DNA of 64,000 nt, from assembly GCA_964016885.1 (NCBI GenBank), contig OZ024742.1, positions 170,810,001-170,874,000 of the forward strand, in the 5' to 3' direction. Of this stretch, positions 1-14,765 are shown piece by piece. Every line of letters begins with the position of its first letter. Position 1 is the stretch's first letter. The notes under the pieces were generated by a model. The model was given only the letters and a program-made list of their open reading frames with translations, had not been told where the DNA came from and searched no databases. The translations under genes were made by a program, and so were the position numbers. The stretch is from Eledone cirrhosa. Lineage: Eukaryota.

Positions 1-479
1 ACATACACACTTGCATATCTACACATACACCCACCCACACTTCACCCCCACACTACCTCCGTATTTGACACGATCTAATCTCATACCATCCGTCCCCCCT
101 CCATCCACACACACACACATATACCTACACCCATACAAGGACTATACACGCACAGACAAACACTCCACCCCAACACACACACACAATGGTTTTTCAAAAC
201 TCACATTCATATGTTCTCGCATCCTTCCAGACTCTCACACTTACAGCCACACATACACACACACACTCTTACATCTACACATACACACACACATTTCCTT
301 CCGCCATCCCTGCTCGGACTCTAGTTTTCTTGTTTTCGCCTCGGCCTCTTCATCCCCCTTTTCCTCTCACACACCCCTTACACACTACCACCCCGTTTTC
401 ATCCCGGACTCGTACACCCCTCCCATCCCTTCATTTTCACATTTTTTAAAATCTGTTCTTTTATATATTTAAAAAAAAA

Positions 480-690
480 TTCTGTTTTTATTTATTTTGA
501 TTTTCATGTTTATTTTCCCCGTCCTTTCGTGTTCTACCTGTTAAATCCCATCCTTACTCCCCCTCGGAGTTCCTCCCTACGAAGGACTTATGTCTGAAAC
601 GTCGTTACCTCTCCCATTCTCACAAGGTGTGAAGCTAATAACACTATGTACCATTGACTCCTGCATTTGTTTGTCCTTTTATAAAAAAAG
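480..690 (+). mobile_element. Degenerate PLE-type 3' terminus with decayed minimal hammerhead-like motif
   Basis: CTACGAAGGAC-TTAT-GTCTGAAACGTC (577-603) resembles the CTGANGAAGGAC-loop-GTCCGAAACGT motifs at 1320, 1631 and 32944(-); ends at a (TA)n tract. Confidence 0.4.
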
Positions 691-701
691 TATATATTGA
701 G

Positions 702-745
<44 letters not shown>

Positions 746-757
746 CTCAATATATAC

Positions 758-786
<29 letters not shown>

Positions 787-790
<4 letters not shown>

Positions 791-898
791 CTGCACTTGT
801 AGTTCTAAATATCTCAATTTTATAATATTACAATTTTACGAAATTGTAAAATTGTAATGTTATAACATTGAAATGTTTAGAACTACAAGTGCAGTCAT
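787..898. repeat. ~110-bp imperfect fold-back (inverted repeat) between (TA)n tracts
   Basis: ATGACTGCACTTGTAGTTCTAAA...CAATTTTAC pairs with GTAAAATTG...TTTAGAACTACAAGTGCAGTCAT. Confidence 0.85.
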
Positions 899-909
899 TC
901 TTTTCCTTT

Positions 910-957
<48 letters not shown>

Positions 958-1084
958 AAAAAAGATGAAATCAAAAATGCAACTGGAGTCTTTTTTTTAA
1001 TAAAAATACATATTTATTTGGTTCCTTTACCGGTTTCGCAGTTCTTCGGCTTTTCAAAAGTAGAATTGAGATGGAGGGTTTTAG

Positions 1085-1196
<112 letters not shown>

Positions 1197-1199
1197 TTC

Positions 1200-1472
1200 A
1201 AGAGATGGCGACCTAAACAGACATGCTTTCCCCACCAAGAAATTGAAATTGTTTTCGTGTCTGCCACTGCTCGCTCTCCTCTATCTTCCTATTTCTTCTT
1301 TAATTTTTCATTCTACTTTCTGATGAGGGACTGCTGTCCGAAACTTTAAGACTCTTTTCCTACTATATGAAGCGTAAAACTAAAAATATATTTCTTCATT
1401 ACATTGTGTAGTTTGCTTTGTTGTTTTTTTCTGCATATATATATAGTATACATATATATATGCACACACACG

Positions 1473-1507
<35 letters not shown>

Positions 1508-1790
1508 GTAATATAACATATATACTTTTTTCTTCTTTTTCTTCCAATTTTTCTTTTTCCTCTCTTTGTTCCCCTTCTTGTTTCAACTTACATTTTTTCC
1601 CAAACATTCCAATCTCCCCTCTCTTCTTTCCCGATGAAGGAATAAGGTCCGAAACGCTGTCGCGTTCTTTTCCCTTTCTCACATCCGTGAAACTAATGAG
1701 AATGTGTCTAATTGTCCCCTGTGTCTGTCTTATTTTAATCTTGAACTCAAATGTTTTTCTCTCAAGGCCGAATATAAATAAGATTTATTG
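1200..1790 (+). mobile_element. Two PLE-type 3' end fragments with minimal hammerhead-like cores
   Basis: CTGATGA-G-GGAC-TGCT-GTCC-GAAAC at 1320-1344 and CCGATGA-A-GGA-ATAAGG-TCC-GAAACG at 1631-1656; sequence downstream of the second resembles 610-680. Confidence 0.5.
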
Positions 1791-2393
1791 TTATTTGCTC
1801 ACATTCCATGAGAGTATCTTGGTCAGCTTATGAACCTTTCAGCCGACCCTCGTGGATAGGTCCAATATATTTATTAGACGAGATAACCTTTACAAGGCCG
1901 ATCGATATTCAAGGTGAGCCGAGGTTGTGATCTGGTTTCAACTCCCGATTGAATAATTCCTTTCATCTATGCTTTGTACTTGTAAATGTAATGAGATATA
2001 TTCGGTATGCTATATATAACCTCTACCCATAACCTAATGTTATCCTTTGATACGTTAAATTCGTTGAACGAAAATTGTATAAAGCAATGATATACATCAC
2101 ACATATTATTTTACTCTTTTAGTATTTTATTGGATTTAGTCGTTTGATTGCGGCTATGCTGGAACCTTAATTTAAAGAGATTAACTCAATCATATAACCC
2201 ACCAAACATGATTTTTTGTTTCTGTCTGATATTTGTTTTATCAAACTGTTATTGTCCAATCGCTATATTACGAGGTATAAACACTCCTATAAAGGAGAGA
2301 AACGTGAGCACACACCCATACATACACAATGCATACACGCACACATACACACACACACATACACACACATACACACATACACAGACACACACG

Positions 2394-2466
<73 letters not shown>

Positions 2467-2575
2467 CAAATTAAATTGTCGAGTGAAAAACCCACAATAT
2501 TCCCTTATAATCAAATAAGCTCAAGGGAGAAATTCCGAGCTCTTTATAATACATTATAGAGATGCACACACACAT

Positions 2576-2635
<60 letters not shown>

Positions 2636-2636
2636 C

Positions 2637-2816
2637 TGTTTCTACTTTAGGCACAAGGCCAGAAATTACCCAGTGCATTACTGGTACTTTATTTTATCGA
2701 CCCCGTAAGGATGAAAGGCAAAGTCAACCTCGCCGGGATTTGAACTCAGATCGTAAAGGGACGTAACTATGCTGGAAAGCATGGCGTCCGACCATCTACC
2801 GATACTGCCAATCCAC
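2637..2816 (-). mobile_element. tRNA-derived SINE (family A)
   Basis: Reverse complement of GGATTGGCAGTATCGG (A box) ... GAGTTCAAATCCC (B box) ... GCCTTTCATCCTTACGGGGTCGATAAAATAAAGTACCAG ... GTAGAAACA; near-identical to copies at 4371, 40755, 55886. Confidence 0.9.
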
Positions 2817-2929
2817 TATATATATATATATAACGGCGATGAATTAGTTTTGCGAAAACCAACCAAACAGTGAGTGTCTTCTGTTATTAATTCTGGCAAT
2901 ATTACACAAATATGACCCTCCCCAAGTAT

Positions 2930-3002
<73 letters not shown>

Positions 3003-3180
3003 TCATAAACAGAGAAAGCCTTAAGCGATACTCCGACCAACTCCATCTCACTCAACAAACATTAGGATATACTTAAGTATTATCCCAATTTAGTGTTTGG
3101 GGTGCTAACTAATCAGTATTTCGTGGATATCTGGTTGTATTATTTTATATGAGATATTATTAAATAAATATCTCTTTTCT

Positions 3181-3304
3181 TCCAGACGACCGTTTCGTTA
3201 TAAGATTTCTACAATTTGGGATAAATAATTTCCAGGTTATGTAGAAACTTGTATATAATCCATAGTTCTATACACAAGCGGGCTCTTATAAACTCATCAG
3301 TGGA
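3181..3304 (-). ncRNA. Type I hammerhead ribozyme motif with enlarged stem II
   Basis: Minus strand: TCCA-CTGATGA-GTTTATAAGA...TCTTATAAC-GAAAC-GGTC-GTC-TGGA; stem I TCCA/TGGA, GUC triplet. Confidence 0.75.
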
Positions 3305-3857
3305 TGCCCAGTCAATAACGATATAAGAATTATATCGACATTAACAGAATGGTGATGGTCTCCCTCAGCTCTAAGAAGAGACTGGTAGATTAGAAAATCT
3401 AGCAGTTCTCTCAAAGATAAAATACACGCTGTCCCCAAAAGGGTAAAGGGAGGTCATCTTAAAATAAAACAAAATACACGCTGGTCATTTAAACCTGTTA
3501 GGTATTAACCACGTGTATAAGAACTCAATTGGATATTAAAAGAATAACCATATGTATACACAACCAATGCACACACAGAGATATTAAAACAATAAATACA
3601 TGTATGGATCACCCATATACACACATAGTTATTCTCTAAGGCTAAATCAGACATGGGATACAAGGAAGATCAATCAGTATTTCATATAAAAAATAATAAT
3701 AATAAAGAGAGTCACCTTATATCTGGAAATCATATTTGTATGTGTGTGTGTGTGTGTTCAAATTATAAGAGACATAACACTCGCTGAAACATAAGTAATA
3801 CACATGTAAAGTTTGAAAAAACTCGGTTGGGTACTTCTCGAGTTTTAAGGATTAAAA

Positions 3858-3966
<109 letters not shown>

Positions 3967-4370
3967 ATATATATATATATATATACACAGGGTAACAGAT
4001 TATTGTTATAGGTAGTCCACTTAAGTGTAGTCCAGTTAGGGTACTCCGAGCTTCTAACCCCATGCAACCCCGCATTTAACCTGAAGGATCACAAAAATAA
4101 TTTTGAAACAACCCTACTATCAGATTAATATGCCCATCTAAATCAGATATAGGTAAAAATAGCAAGACCATTCTAGATAGGGTAATCGCACAAATAAAGG
4201 GTAAACTAGAAATCAATTTATGGGGTAACACTAACGAGGCGATTGAATGGTTCAATACAATACGATATAAACGATTACTATGCATCCATATCCCCAGCCA
4301 CCCTAAATAAAGCGCTTATATTTGCCCAAAATAACTCCGATCTTACCCCTGAGGAAATTGAAATAATAAT

Positions 4371-4546
4371 TGTTTCTACTTTAGGCACAAGGCCAGCAAT
4401 TACTGGTACTTTATTTTATCGACCCCGTAAGGATGAAAGGCAAAGTCAACCTCGGCGGGATTTGAACTCAGATCGTAAAGGGACGTAACTATGCTGGAAA
4501 GCATGGCGTCCGACCCTCTACCGATACTGCCAATCCACCGCCCTTG
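4371..4546 (-). mobile_element. SINE family A inserted in PLE RT with 14-bp TSD
   Basis: ATTGAAATAATAAT at 4357-4370 and 4547-4560 flanks the SINE. Confidence 0.9.
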
Positions 4547-4750
4547 ATTGAAATAATAATAGCGGCTAAAATTTGAAAATAGCTAAATGGGTAGCAAACG
4601 ATAGGATAAACAGCTTCGATATCACAATGGGATCAAATGACTCTGCGCAAATCACTGACGTCGTGGGGCTATTTATAGCACACAACCTACATAAGGAATT
4701 CAGTAACCTCCAAGGAGGGATTTATAGCTAGGAACTTAAACAACCAGAGC

Positions 4751-5980
4751 ATGGAAAGATTAAGAAAACACATTAAAACATTATTAAAAAAACTAGGCCT
4801 AAGTATTACCTACGAACTGAACCATAAAAAGGTAAACTTTCTAGATGTGACTCTAAATCTAAATACGGGATTAATAGAACCCTTTCACAAAAATAATGAG
4901 AATCTGGCCTACATTAGTTATAACTCAAACCACCTCAAATCCATAATCAGATCCATAGCACGTAGTATATCCCTTAGAATATCCCGCTTATCCTCAAACC
5001 TAGAAATTTTTAATGAACATGCTAACTATTATAACGCAGCATTACATAGGGCCGAGCATAAAGATAAGTTGCAGTTTATAACGAATAAAGACAAGCACGT
5101 AGCACCTAGAGTAAGTGGTCCAAACACCAATAATGTAAACCCTAGAAGCAATAGAAGAATCAGAGAAAGAAAATACCTGTGGTTCAATCCAATCTTCAAC
5201 TCCTCTGTAAAAACTAGACTTCCTTCTACTTTCTTTAAACTAATAGATAAACACTTCCCTATTTCACACAGATATCATAAAATACTCAATAGAAAAACTA
5301 TAAAACTCTCATACTCTACGGCAGCAAATATAGAATCGCACATACGCAAGATCAACCACAGAAATACCTCTAGGGAATCCGCCCCACCTATGCGCAACAT
5401 AGCACCAAATTATAAACATAAACACATCCCAGTATCACAACTGCAAACGCATACAAGCACGCAGCAGCAAAACCCCAACGGGCATAAATCACAACCCACT
5501 TATAGCAGTGTACAAAACAGCAGTGTGGAAGCTGCACGAAATAATACCTCAAACTGTAACTGTCACCTACCCGATAGGTGCCCATTGGCGAATAGATGCC
5601 TTGATTCGAGCCTAGTGTACATGAGTATGGTCAACTCAGACAACTCCACTTGGCATTACATTGGATCCACCGCGGGTACTTTTAAAAAAAGATGGTATGT
5701 GCACACACACTCGATGAAAAACCGTGCACTTATGGGTTCTACAACCCTCACCAAACAAATCTGGGAACTTAAGGACAATAACACCAACTACAATATCAAC
5801 TGGTCGAGGTTGTCGGCCGCAAAGACTTACAGTACCGGTATGTCCCACTGTAGGCTCTGTGATCTAGAATTACTATATATCCTTAGGAATGTAAAAAGGC
5901 TACTCAACATCAAGTTAGAAAGATCAATCTTCTGCAGACACAGGATCGCCACTAAATTCACAAGATTTAAGCCTCCGTGA
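4751..5980 (+). pseudogene. PLE ORF C-terminal part (RT thumb, CxC linker, GIY-YIG endonuclease)
   Basis: Motifs as above; RT catalytic region upstream is broken by a SINE, stops and deletions. Confidence 0.85.
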
Positions 5981-6266
5981 ATCGAACCGACATAACTTAG
6001 CTTTCAACCTAGGATATCCACTATACTGCACGAACCACCACAGAAATATAATCATTAAGTACATTCTAGCCTTCTTAATTCTGTACCACAGTAATGTCTG
6101 TAAGTACCTTATCAACCCATAAATATATCCCTTCCCAGCTGCTGTCAACACAACTTCCTCACCATTGACTCTCAACAATTGAACCTAAATCCAAGAACCA
6201 TTTCAAAATACTACTACAGCAGAACATTACCTTCCTCCTGTTATAATTGTAGTCAGCATGTTTTCT

Positions 6267-6341
<75 letters not shown>

Positions 6342-6825
6342 CCTTCTTAACCTCTGTATTAACTTGCCTATTATATTGCTACTCTGTTAATGTTATCTTA
6401 TACATGTATGTTATTGATGATGTGAAAGCTAAACAACGCCTTCATCTAATATAGACCACATAAATATTGAACCTCACACCACAAATATTACTATCCTTAC
6501 TATTTTTCATCTGTCAGATAATAAATGATTCTTACGGCCACCAGATCTACAGTAAAGGAAATGGTTCATTGTTTAAAGCCACCGGCTTATCTTTACACTA
6601 TATATAATACACCCCATGACAGCTTTTACATGTCAATTTTATACATCTGCCTCATGTCAGCTAGTTTTACACGCTAAAATCGTAGGTATACTATATTTCT
6701 CACCTAGATTGATGTTGTGATTATTTCAAATAATTTATTGCTAACATTGTTAGTATTGTTGTTATTGTTCTGATTGAATGCCATTACTACTATATATAGT
6801 AGCCATGCCTGTATATTCTTTTCAT

Positions 6826-6946
6826 TCTCACAAGCTCCGATGAATTGACTGGTTACAACAACGTATCGGTGATCGATTGACGTGAAAAGAAGCGGGTAGC
6901 GATCTCTAGACCTACCAGTTCAGTGAAACAATTGTCAGCAATGAGA
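6826..6946 (+). ncRNA. Type I hammerhead motif (CCGATGA core variant) in PLE 3' pseudo-LTR
   Basis: TCTCA..GCT-CCGATGA-ATTGACTGGT...ACCAGTTCAGT-GAAAC-AATT-GTC-AGC..TGAGA; palindromic stem III ACAATTGT. Confidence 0.7.
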
Positions 6947-7075
6947 TTAAAAACCTTTTTTGTATAGCAAACCGTGTTCATTCTTTATATATATATATAT
7001 ATATATTTGTGTGCGTGTGTGTGTGTTCAAATTATAAGGGACATGAAACCACCAGGTGGTAATTTTATATATATA

Positions 7076-7962
7076 CTAGCAGTGGTACCCGCCGTTGCAC
7101 AGGATAAGGTATTTTGGAACGCGGGCCACCAACAGACCTAATCGTGGAAAAACTGCATGCCTGGACAATATGTAAAGAAAATAAACCGAATGTTCTGATG
7201 GCTGGATAATCTTTAGGATTATCCTCGGTGAAGCAGGAAAAATTCAGGTTTTCACCTAGGGGATCATAAAATAATATTTTTTTATGTGCATAATATGCCT
7301 TGAAATTTCGGGAAAATCGGCTAGACGTAACGCCTCCAAAAAGCCCTAAAAAGCTGAAAAAAATGAAGTTTTTCACCTAATGTGGTCTCTAGGCCATAAA
7401 AAAGTTCGATTTTCTTTGCTCACGGTATGAAGAAGAGACTGACTAATACATAGTTACAATTTCAAAGAAATCAGTCAGACGCAACGCCTCTCAAAAAACC
7501 CATAAAAAGCTTAAAAACACAGTGTTTCACCTAATGCGGGCCATAGGAGATCAACAAGTTGAAACATAAGTAATACACATGTACAGTTTGAAAAAAATCG
7601 GTTGGGTACTTCTCGAGTTTTACGAGTTTTAGGGATTAAAACTCACACACACACAAACACACACAGACATCCTCAGGGAAGTGACGTAATGCAGACAGCC
7701 AGACATACAGACATATATTATAACCTTATATGTATGTATCTATCTAAAAAGAGAAAGACTAAGAATTAGAGAGAGAGATCGCTAAATCGCCTAATGCGGT
7801 CCCTAGGACATAGAAAAAAAAATATTTTTTGCTCAGAACACTCCCTGAAACATAAGTATTACATGTGTAAAGTTTGAAAACAGTCGGTTGGGTGCTTCTC
7901 GAGTTTTAGGGATTCAAACTCATACACACACAGACAAACATCCTCAGTTTTATATATATAGA
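7076..7962 (-). mobile_element. Non-autonomous Helitron-like element
   Basis: Minus strand starts A|TCTATATATATAAAA and ends CTAG|T with a GC-rich subterminal hairpin remnant (CCCG..CAGG on +); internal duplication of GAAACATAAGTA..CTCGAGTTTT; 5' part shared with 54770-55047. Confidence 0.65.
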
Positions 7963-7965
7963 TAT

Positions 7966-8103
7966 GAGGCAGCGAATTGCAAGGGTCGTTAGAACTACGG
8001 ATAGAATATTTCATGTTCGTTTCGGCTCGGTACACCATGAATTCAAATATTGCCAAGTGAAACTTTGCTATTAATCCTTTCAAGGTCGATAAATAAAGTA
8101 CCT
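7966..8103 (+). mobile_element. Diverged SINE related to family A
   Basis: TTCAAAT...ACTTTGCTATTAATCCTTTCAAGGTCGATAAATAAAGTACC. Confidence 0.6.
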
Positions 8104-8624
8104 GTCCAGGACTGGGATGACCCTTCCTTTACATCCCTTTCTCACGTCCTCTTTTTCTTACTATCTTTTTCCTTCTCTGGAAGAAATCAGTTAAGTTCAG
8201 ACGTGAAAGAGGGATGTTCTCCACTTGGTTTAAAACGTCCACGGAATACTGTATACCAGTTCAGCTCTCCTACGACTCCATCAGGAGTTAAGGGCTACAG
8301 AAGAAGTTGTAATAATCCTATTGTGAACAGATTTCGGTTTTAATACCGTAGTTTCACTTTAAAAGAAAAAAAAAAGATTAAATAATATATCATAAATTTT
8401 CCAGGAAATAAGCAATAGTTCGATACAATAGTAGTTAACCTATTGTAGAAATAGACAGTAAGAGATATAAAACATTATTTGCAATCTGAATGAAAGTATT
8501 AGTGTGTAAGTAAGTTCAATATAAGCCTGGAAGCAGAAGGATAGAGGAAGACAAAAAAAGAAACAAATTATACTATTCTGATATGTCACTGGATGAAAAT
8601 AAGATATCAAACAATATTAATGAC

Positions 8625-8745
8625 AATGACGATGATGATGATGATGATGAGGATGATGACGACGACGACGACGACGACGACGACAACGACAACAACAACA
8701 ACAACAACAACAACAATAATAATAATAATAATAATAATATCAACA
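8625..8745. repeat. Compound trinucleotide microsatellite (GAT)n(GAC)n(AAC)n(AAT)n
   Basis: Read directly. Confidence 0.95.
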
Positions 8746-8992
8746 AAAAGATTATTCTATATTTTCAGAACTTTATCATCTAATTTCTTTTCAAAACTCT
8801 TCTTTTTACAAACATATATCCAACTTATTTCCCCAATCTTCTCATTGTTTCTTGCCTACCACAATTGTTTATATATATATATATATATATATATATGCTT
8901 TATCCTCAAAGAATATTTTTATCATTCTTTTCAATGTATTTTCTTCCTTCTTTTTCAAATTCAATATAGCTTTTGCTTGAATATATTTATAG

Positions 8993-9030
<38 letters not shown>

Positions 9031-9282
9031 ATTTATTTCTACTTTATTAAGTGCACCACACGCAGCTCATGATATACAGCTGTGTTTTTCAACAATGTTT
9101 TGTTTCTGTGAACTTGCTCCCCCACTCTTTGAAACCTCCTCCTTACAATATGCTAGTAGTATCGTTATATTCTGGTCGATAATCGTTTTCTTTTTCTCAG
9201 CGATGTTTAGACAAAAACGTTTGTTGCCATTTTATCAAAGGTCGAAACAATATCAGAATAACGACGTTTCGTTTCTAACAAG

Positions 9283-9337
<55 letters not shown>

Positions 9338-9791
9338 GATACACATATCTATATCTATAGAGAGAGAGAGAGAGAGAGGGGGAGAGAGACACCCAGTGTA
9401 GCTAAAGTTTAGATACAGATATATTTTACTCGTTCCAGGAAAGTTGTGTATTTATTTCTACATTTTCTAACCTACAGCATTGTAACATATACATTTAAAT
9501 ATTTCAAAATTGTTTCGTAAATTTGTTAACAGTTTGGTCTTTAACCCTTTCACTATCATTTTTCTAACACAAACACACTACCTATGATTCTCAAATACTG
9601 AAACTAATTTTACAGTAATACAATTAACTATATCATTTTTAGGTTTGTGTTTAGAACATAAATGAAAATTAGTTCTTACATTAAATTATGGCGAACATTA
9701 TCATTTAAATACGAAAACTTTAAAGTAAATGGCTTTGTGTAATAGATCCAGAGGCGATTTCTAGCAGTTTCATTTCAGAAGGGCTAAATCT

Positions 9792-9898
<107 letters not shown>

Positions 9899-10233
9899 CA
9901 CACACACACACACGCACACACACACACTCTAACACACACACGCATATACACTACTCACTCACATACATACTTATATATTTATACATATGACGGGCTTCCG
10001 CACACTTTCCGTGCACTAAATTCCACTCTAAAGGAATTGGTTTATCTGGACCTATAGTAGAAGACCCTTGTCGAAGGTGTCTGACAGTAAGACATAGCCC
10101 CAAACCACCTACTTGTAAAACTAACTCCTTACCTATACAGCCTGCGACTAATATGGATAAAATAAATGTTAAAAAACAAATTCTGTCCCCCGGGGCCGCT
10201 GGGCGGCCAGTGCGTGGGTTCCCATTTGCTTAT

Positions 10234-10362
10234 AATAATTGTTTCTACTTTTGGCACAAGGCCAGCAGTTACCCCAGTGCATTACTGGTGCTTTATTTTA
10301 TCGACTCCGTAAGGATAAAAGGCAAAGTTAACCTCGACGGGATTTGAACTCAGAACGTAAAG
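10234..10362 (-). mobile_element. SINE family A, 5'-truncated
   Basis: B box through tail match to family A. Confidence 0.85.
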
Positions 10363-10712
10363 TGGTCCTTTTTCTTTATCTAGTATTATTATCTTACTCC
10401 TGAGGTATTGGTATCTTACGTACAGTATCAGTCGAGACAAATGCCATAAACGCAATGTCATTTCTACAGCTACGAATTAGTCAAGTTGATTTAATCGACT
10501 TTCCTTTCCCAAAAATCATTGGCTTTGTACTGAAATGAATATTTGAAAGAAATAATAATAATTCTTAAAGATTTAAAAATATATAAATACTTTTAAAAAT
10601 CACTAATAGTTACTTCCTGTTCGTTATCATCTAACTTCTTGTCAGAATGTATATCGAAGTATCGATATTTCTAAGGATAGCTGTTCCTATTTCACAGCAG
10701 GTAATCCACCCT

Positions 10713-11276
<564 letters not shown>

Positions 11277-12190
11277 TGTGTGGTGACAGACAGATAGAAC
11301 GAGAGAGAGAAATTATATCCGTGTGCGAGTGTGTGAGAATGAACGAACGTTTGTGTGTGAGAGAACCAGAGTATATATGTTGGACCTCCGTGTACCCATA
11401 ACTTAATTCTCAGCAAGTTACGGCATAGCGCATTGTGTTGAACTTTTTAATTTTAAGTACGAATCATTTTTGCCAGCCGAATGGGCTGGAGCAAAATAAA
11501 ATAAAGTGTCTTGTTCAAAGACACAACATGCTGCTGGAAATTGATTTCTGAACACCGTAATCTCTTGGTCGCGTAAGTTCCCTATCAGAAGGCAATCGAA
11601 GACAAGAGAGGAGAAACAAGAAGAGTATAAAATAAATCTTATTCCTTTTCTTTTTTTGCTGTGACCACTCCAAGATGGCTACTACAGGGAATATAAATGC
11701 TTCTTATTGTCTCTAATGGTAGTAGCGTCCTCTAAAGAAAAGAAAAAAAAACGTTTTGGGGATTCTTGAGTAGGAAGTGTGCCTAAATGTTTATTTGCTC
11801 GATTCTATTATATTTTTTATTGTTGATTTGTTTCTTTTGTGAAAAATACCATGTCACCTAAAGATAACTTTGTTTAGGAACTAGCGACCAAAATGGTTAT
11901 TGTGTTTATTTGTCTGTTGTGTTGGGGTTTGTTTCGTTTATTGTTGTTGTCAAAACAGCAAATACTTGTGTGTATTGTCTGTATGTAGAATGTGTGTGTG
12001 TGTGTATTGTGTTTGTAGTGTGTGTGTATATATATGTGTGTGTGTGTATGTGGATGCCCTCTATGTTGTTAGTATTCACTGATAGATTTAGATTGTACTC
12101 CAGCTGTGAAACACGAACCAGTCTACAATTCTATTACTCGTGCTCAAACGTGTGCGTTCACAGCAACGGTCCTCACATGACAATTACTTA

Positions 12191-12226
<36 letters not shown>

Positions 12227-12273
12227 TATGTATATATATATACATATATACACACATATATATATATACATAT

Positions 12274-12485
12274 GAAGGCGTGTGGCTGAGTGGTTAAAGA
12301 ATTGGATTCACAATCTTGAGGTTGTGTGTTCGATTCCTGGACCGGGCGATGCATTATGTCCTTGAGCAAGACACTTTATTTCACGTTACTTCTTCTACCT
12401 GGAGTTGCGACCGATAGATAGTACTAGCAACTGGAAAGACCGACGAAAACATTGTTTACTCGGTCCAATTTGACGAAAGTCGATC
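12274..12485 (+). mobile_element. tRNA-derived SINE (family B)
   Basis: GGCGTGTGGCTGAGTGG (A box), GTTCGATTCC (B box), TGTCCTTGAGCAAGACACTTTATTTCAC; second copy at 47618-47827(-). Confidence 0.85.
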
Positions 12486-12539
12486 TATATATATATATAT
12501 ATATAAATATATATATATATGTATATTTATACACATATG

Positions 12540-12589
<50 letters not shown>

Positions 12590-12628
12590 CACATATGTAT
12601 ATATATATATATATATATATTTATACAC

Positions 12629-12680
<52 letters not shown>

Positions 12681-12681
<1 letters not shown>

Positions 12682-13169
12682 AAAGTATGTCCATAGAATC
12701 ATTGGATAAGATATATACACCATCTCCTCTCCCAATCACCATAATCTAATAGAATATTTACCCAGAATTTCAATAGCACGTGGAAATCGATTAAATATAT
12801 TGTCAACTATACACAATTAGGTATAAAATTAAATTTAGAAGAAAAAATGTATATAAACATACCAAGATTACTATTCTACCCCATGGGGTTTCATTCGCTT
12901 TTAGAAATACCCGATCAAGGATAAATTCACGAGCTTCGAAATCATCAGGAAACAAACTCACTTGGACGAAGATTTTTCTTAAATGATCCCCGCCAGAAAC
13001 GAATTCAAAATGTGACGTGGCAGTGGTCAAGTCAGAAAGAATGTGATTGGTGCCTTACGGCGTGTGGGCTGGTTGCTAGAAAGCGCAGCCTAATATTGCC
13101 TAAATTGCATCTCAACCTTATGGGAGATTATCAAATATAAAGATTTACATATACACAAACTAGACAAAG

Positions 13170-13262
<93 letters not shown>

Positions 13263-13695
13263 CTTATATATATTATATATATATATAATCTTGGTATGTT
13301 TATATACATTTTTTCTTCTAACTTTAATTTTATACCTAATTGTGTTTGGTTGACAATATATTTAATCGATTTCCACGTGCTATTGAAATGCTGGGTAAAT
13401 ATTCTATAGCTGTTGATCGCGTATAGATGGCTGTCGTTTATTTATCTATTATTTCTTCATAGGTGCCTTTTAATCTTATAGCCTGGTTTAATTGGTTTTT
13501 TGTGTGGTTGATTATGCTGATAGGGAGAGGAGATGATGTATATATATTATCAAATGATTCTATGGACATACTTTATTGTATATTGCTCTGATTATTTAAT
13601 TAATTAATTCGTCATTGAGCCACATCGTGAATGGTTGCCAAAAACATATATATATATATGACTATGTCTAGTTTGTGTATATGTAAATCTTTATA
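12681..13695. repeat. Interleaved inverted duplications around (TA)n tracts
   Basis: 12681-12747 vs 13510-13574; 12751-12871 vs 13286-13408; 13135-13174 vs 13657-13695 are reverse-complement pairs. Confidence 0.8.
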
Positions 13696-14765
13696 TATAT
13701 ACAGATATATATATATGTATATATATGCATATATATATATCTGTTTGTATATATATATATGCACATATATATACATATATATATATGTGTGTTTGTATAT
13801 ACATATTATATATTGCAGATTGTTATATGAAAACCACAATGCAAAATGGATGCTAGATTTCAGAATAAATCGAAGCCAACAAAGATTTCTTTACCTGTCC
13901 TAATATTTCGGGTTTAAAACCCTTCATATTTCGTAGTTTGTGTATTGTTGTCGTTATCGGTTCGCCCTTTTTTCTTCCTTTGTTTGTAATCTGCCAGAAG
14001 TGACGTCATCGGTGGACTGACGTGTATAATATATGTGTGTGTTCCTGTCAAAAGCTGTGTGCTTTAGTTTATGTTTTTACGCGGAAAATTTTTAATGTAA
14101 ATATTGTGTCAAGTTACAATAGATTAGATAATTTAGCTATTAATATTGAGCTATGTGTTTGGACTTGTGTATGCGTGTTTGTATATGCCCAAATTGTGTA
14201 TCTAGTTGTAATTGTCTTTAGAGTTAGCTGTTATGAGTGAGTTCGTTATTACGACAGAGGGTACGTATGTGCGCTTTTATGTTAAGTATTGCGTGCTGGG
14301 TTCTAATTTGTTGTTAATTTGTGGCTTTTCCCTAGCTATTATTATTCCTTCTTTGATTCTAAGGTTGCCTAATTTCCTCTCCCTGGCTTCAATATTAACT
14401 GTTATGTTTTTGTTGTTGTTTTGGATGTGTCTAAGTGTTTCCCGGAGGAACATACATGTGTGTTCAGATGTAGTCTATTGAACTGATAGGCTGCTCGGCA
14501 AAAACTGGCCTATCACCAACTTTACTCAAATTAATAAAAGAAATCCCTTTACATTTTTTACCTCAAAATAAAATGCTAAATTTCCCCCATGTAGGTCAAA
14601 TCTGCCAAATATTATCAGCAGGAATCTCCCTTTAATTATCACTTTATCGCAAATAAGCTAAATTTCTATAGACTCAATGTAAAATGTGCACACGCCTTTA
14701 CAATTAATACCTCAAGGCAAATATATACATTTTCTTAGATCTCAATGTAAATAATATTAATTTTG

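Larger units (their letters stand above)
4075..6990 (+). mobile_element. Penelope-like retroelement (RT + C-terminal GIY-YIG), 5'-truncated and disrupted
   Basis: Upstream broken frames give RLICPSKSDIG, EAIEWF, YDINDYYASIS, FDITMGSNDSA; ORF 4751-5980 gives NFLDVTLNL, WFNP, CNCxxxxxCPL linker, LVY...YIG, FKKRWYVH, CRLC; HHR in 3' UTR; ends at (TA)n. Confidence 0.9.
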
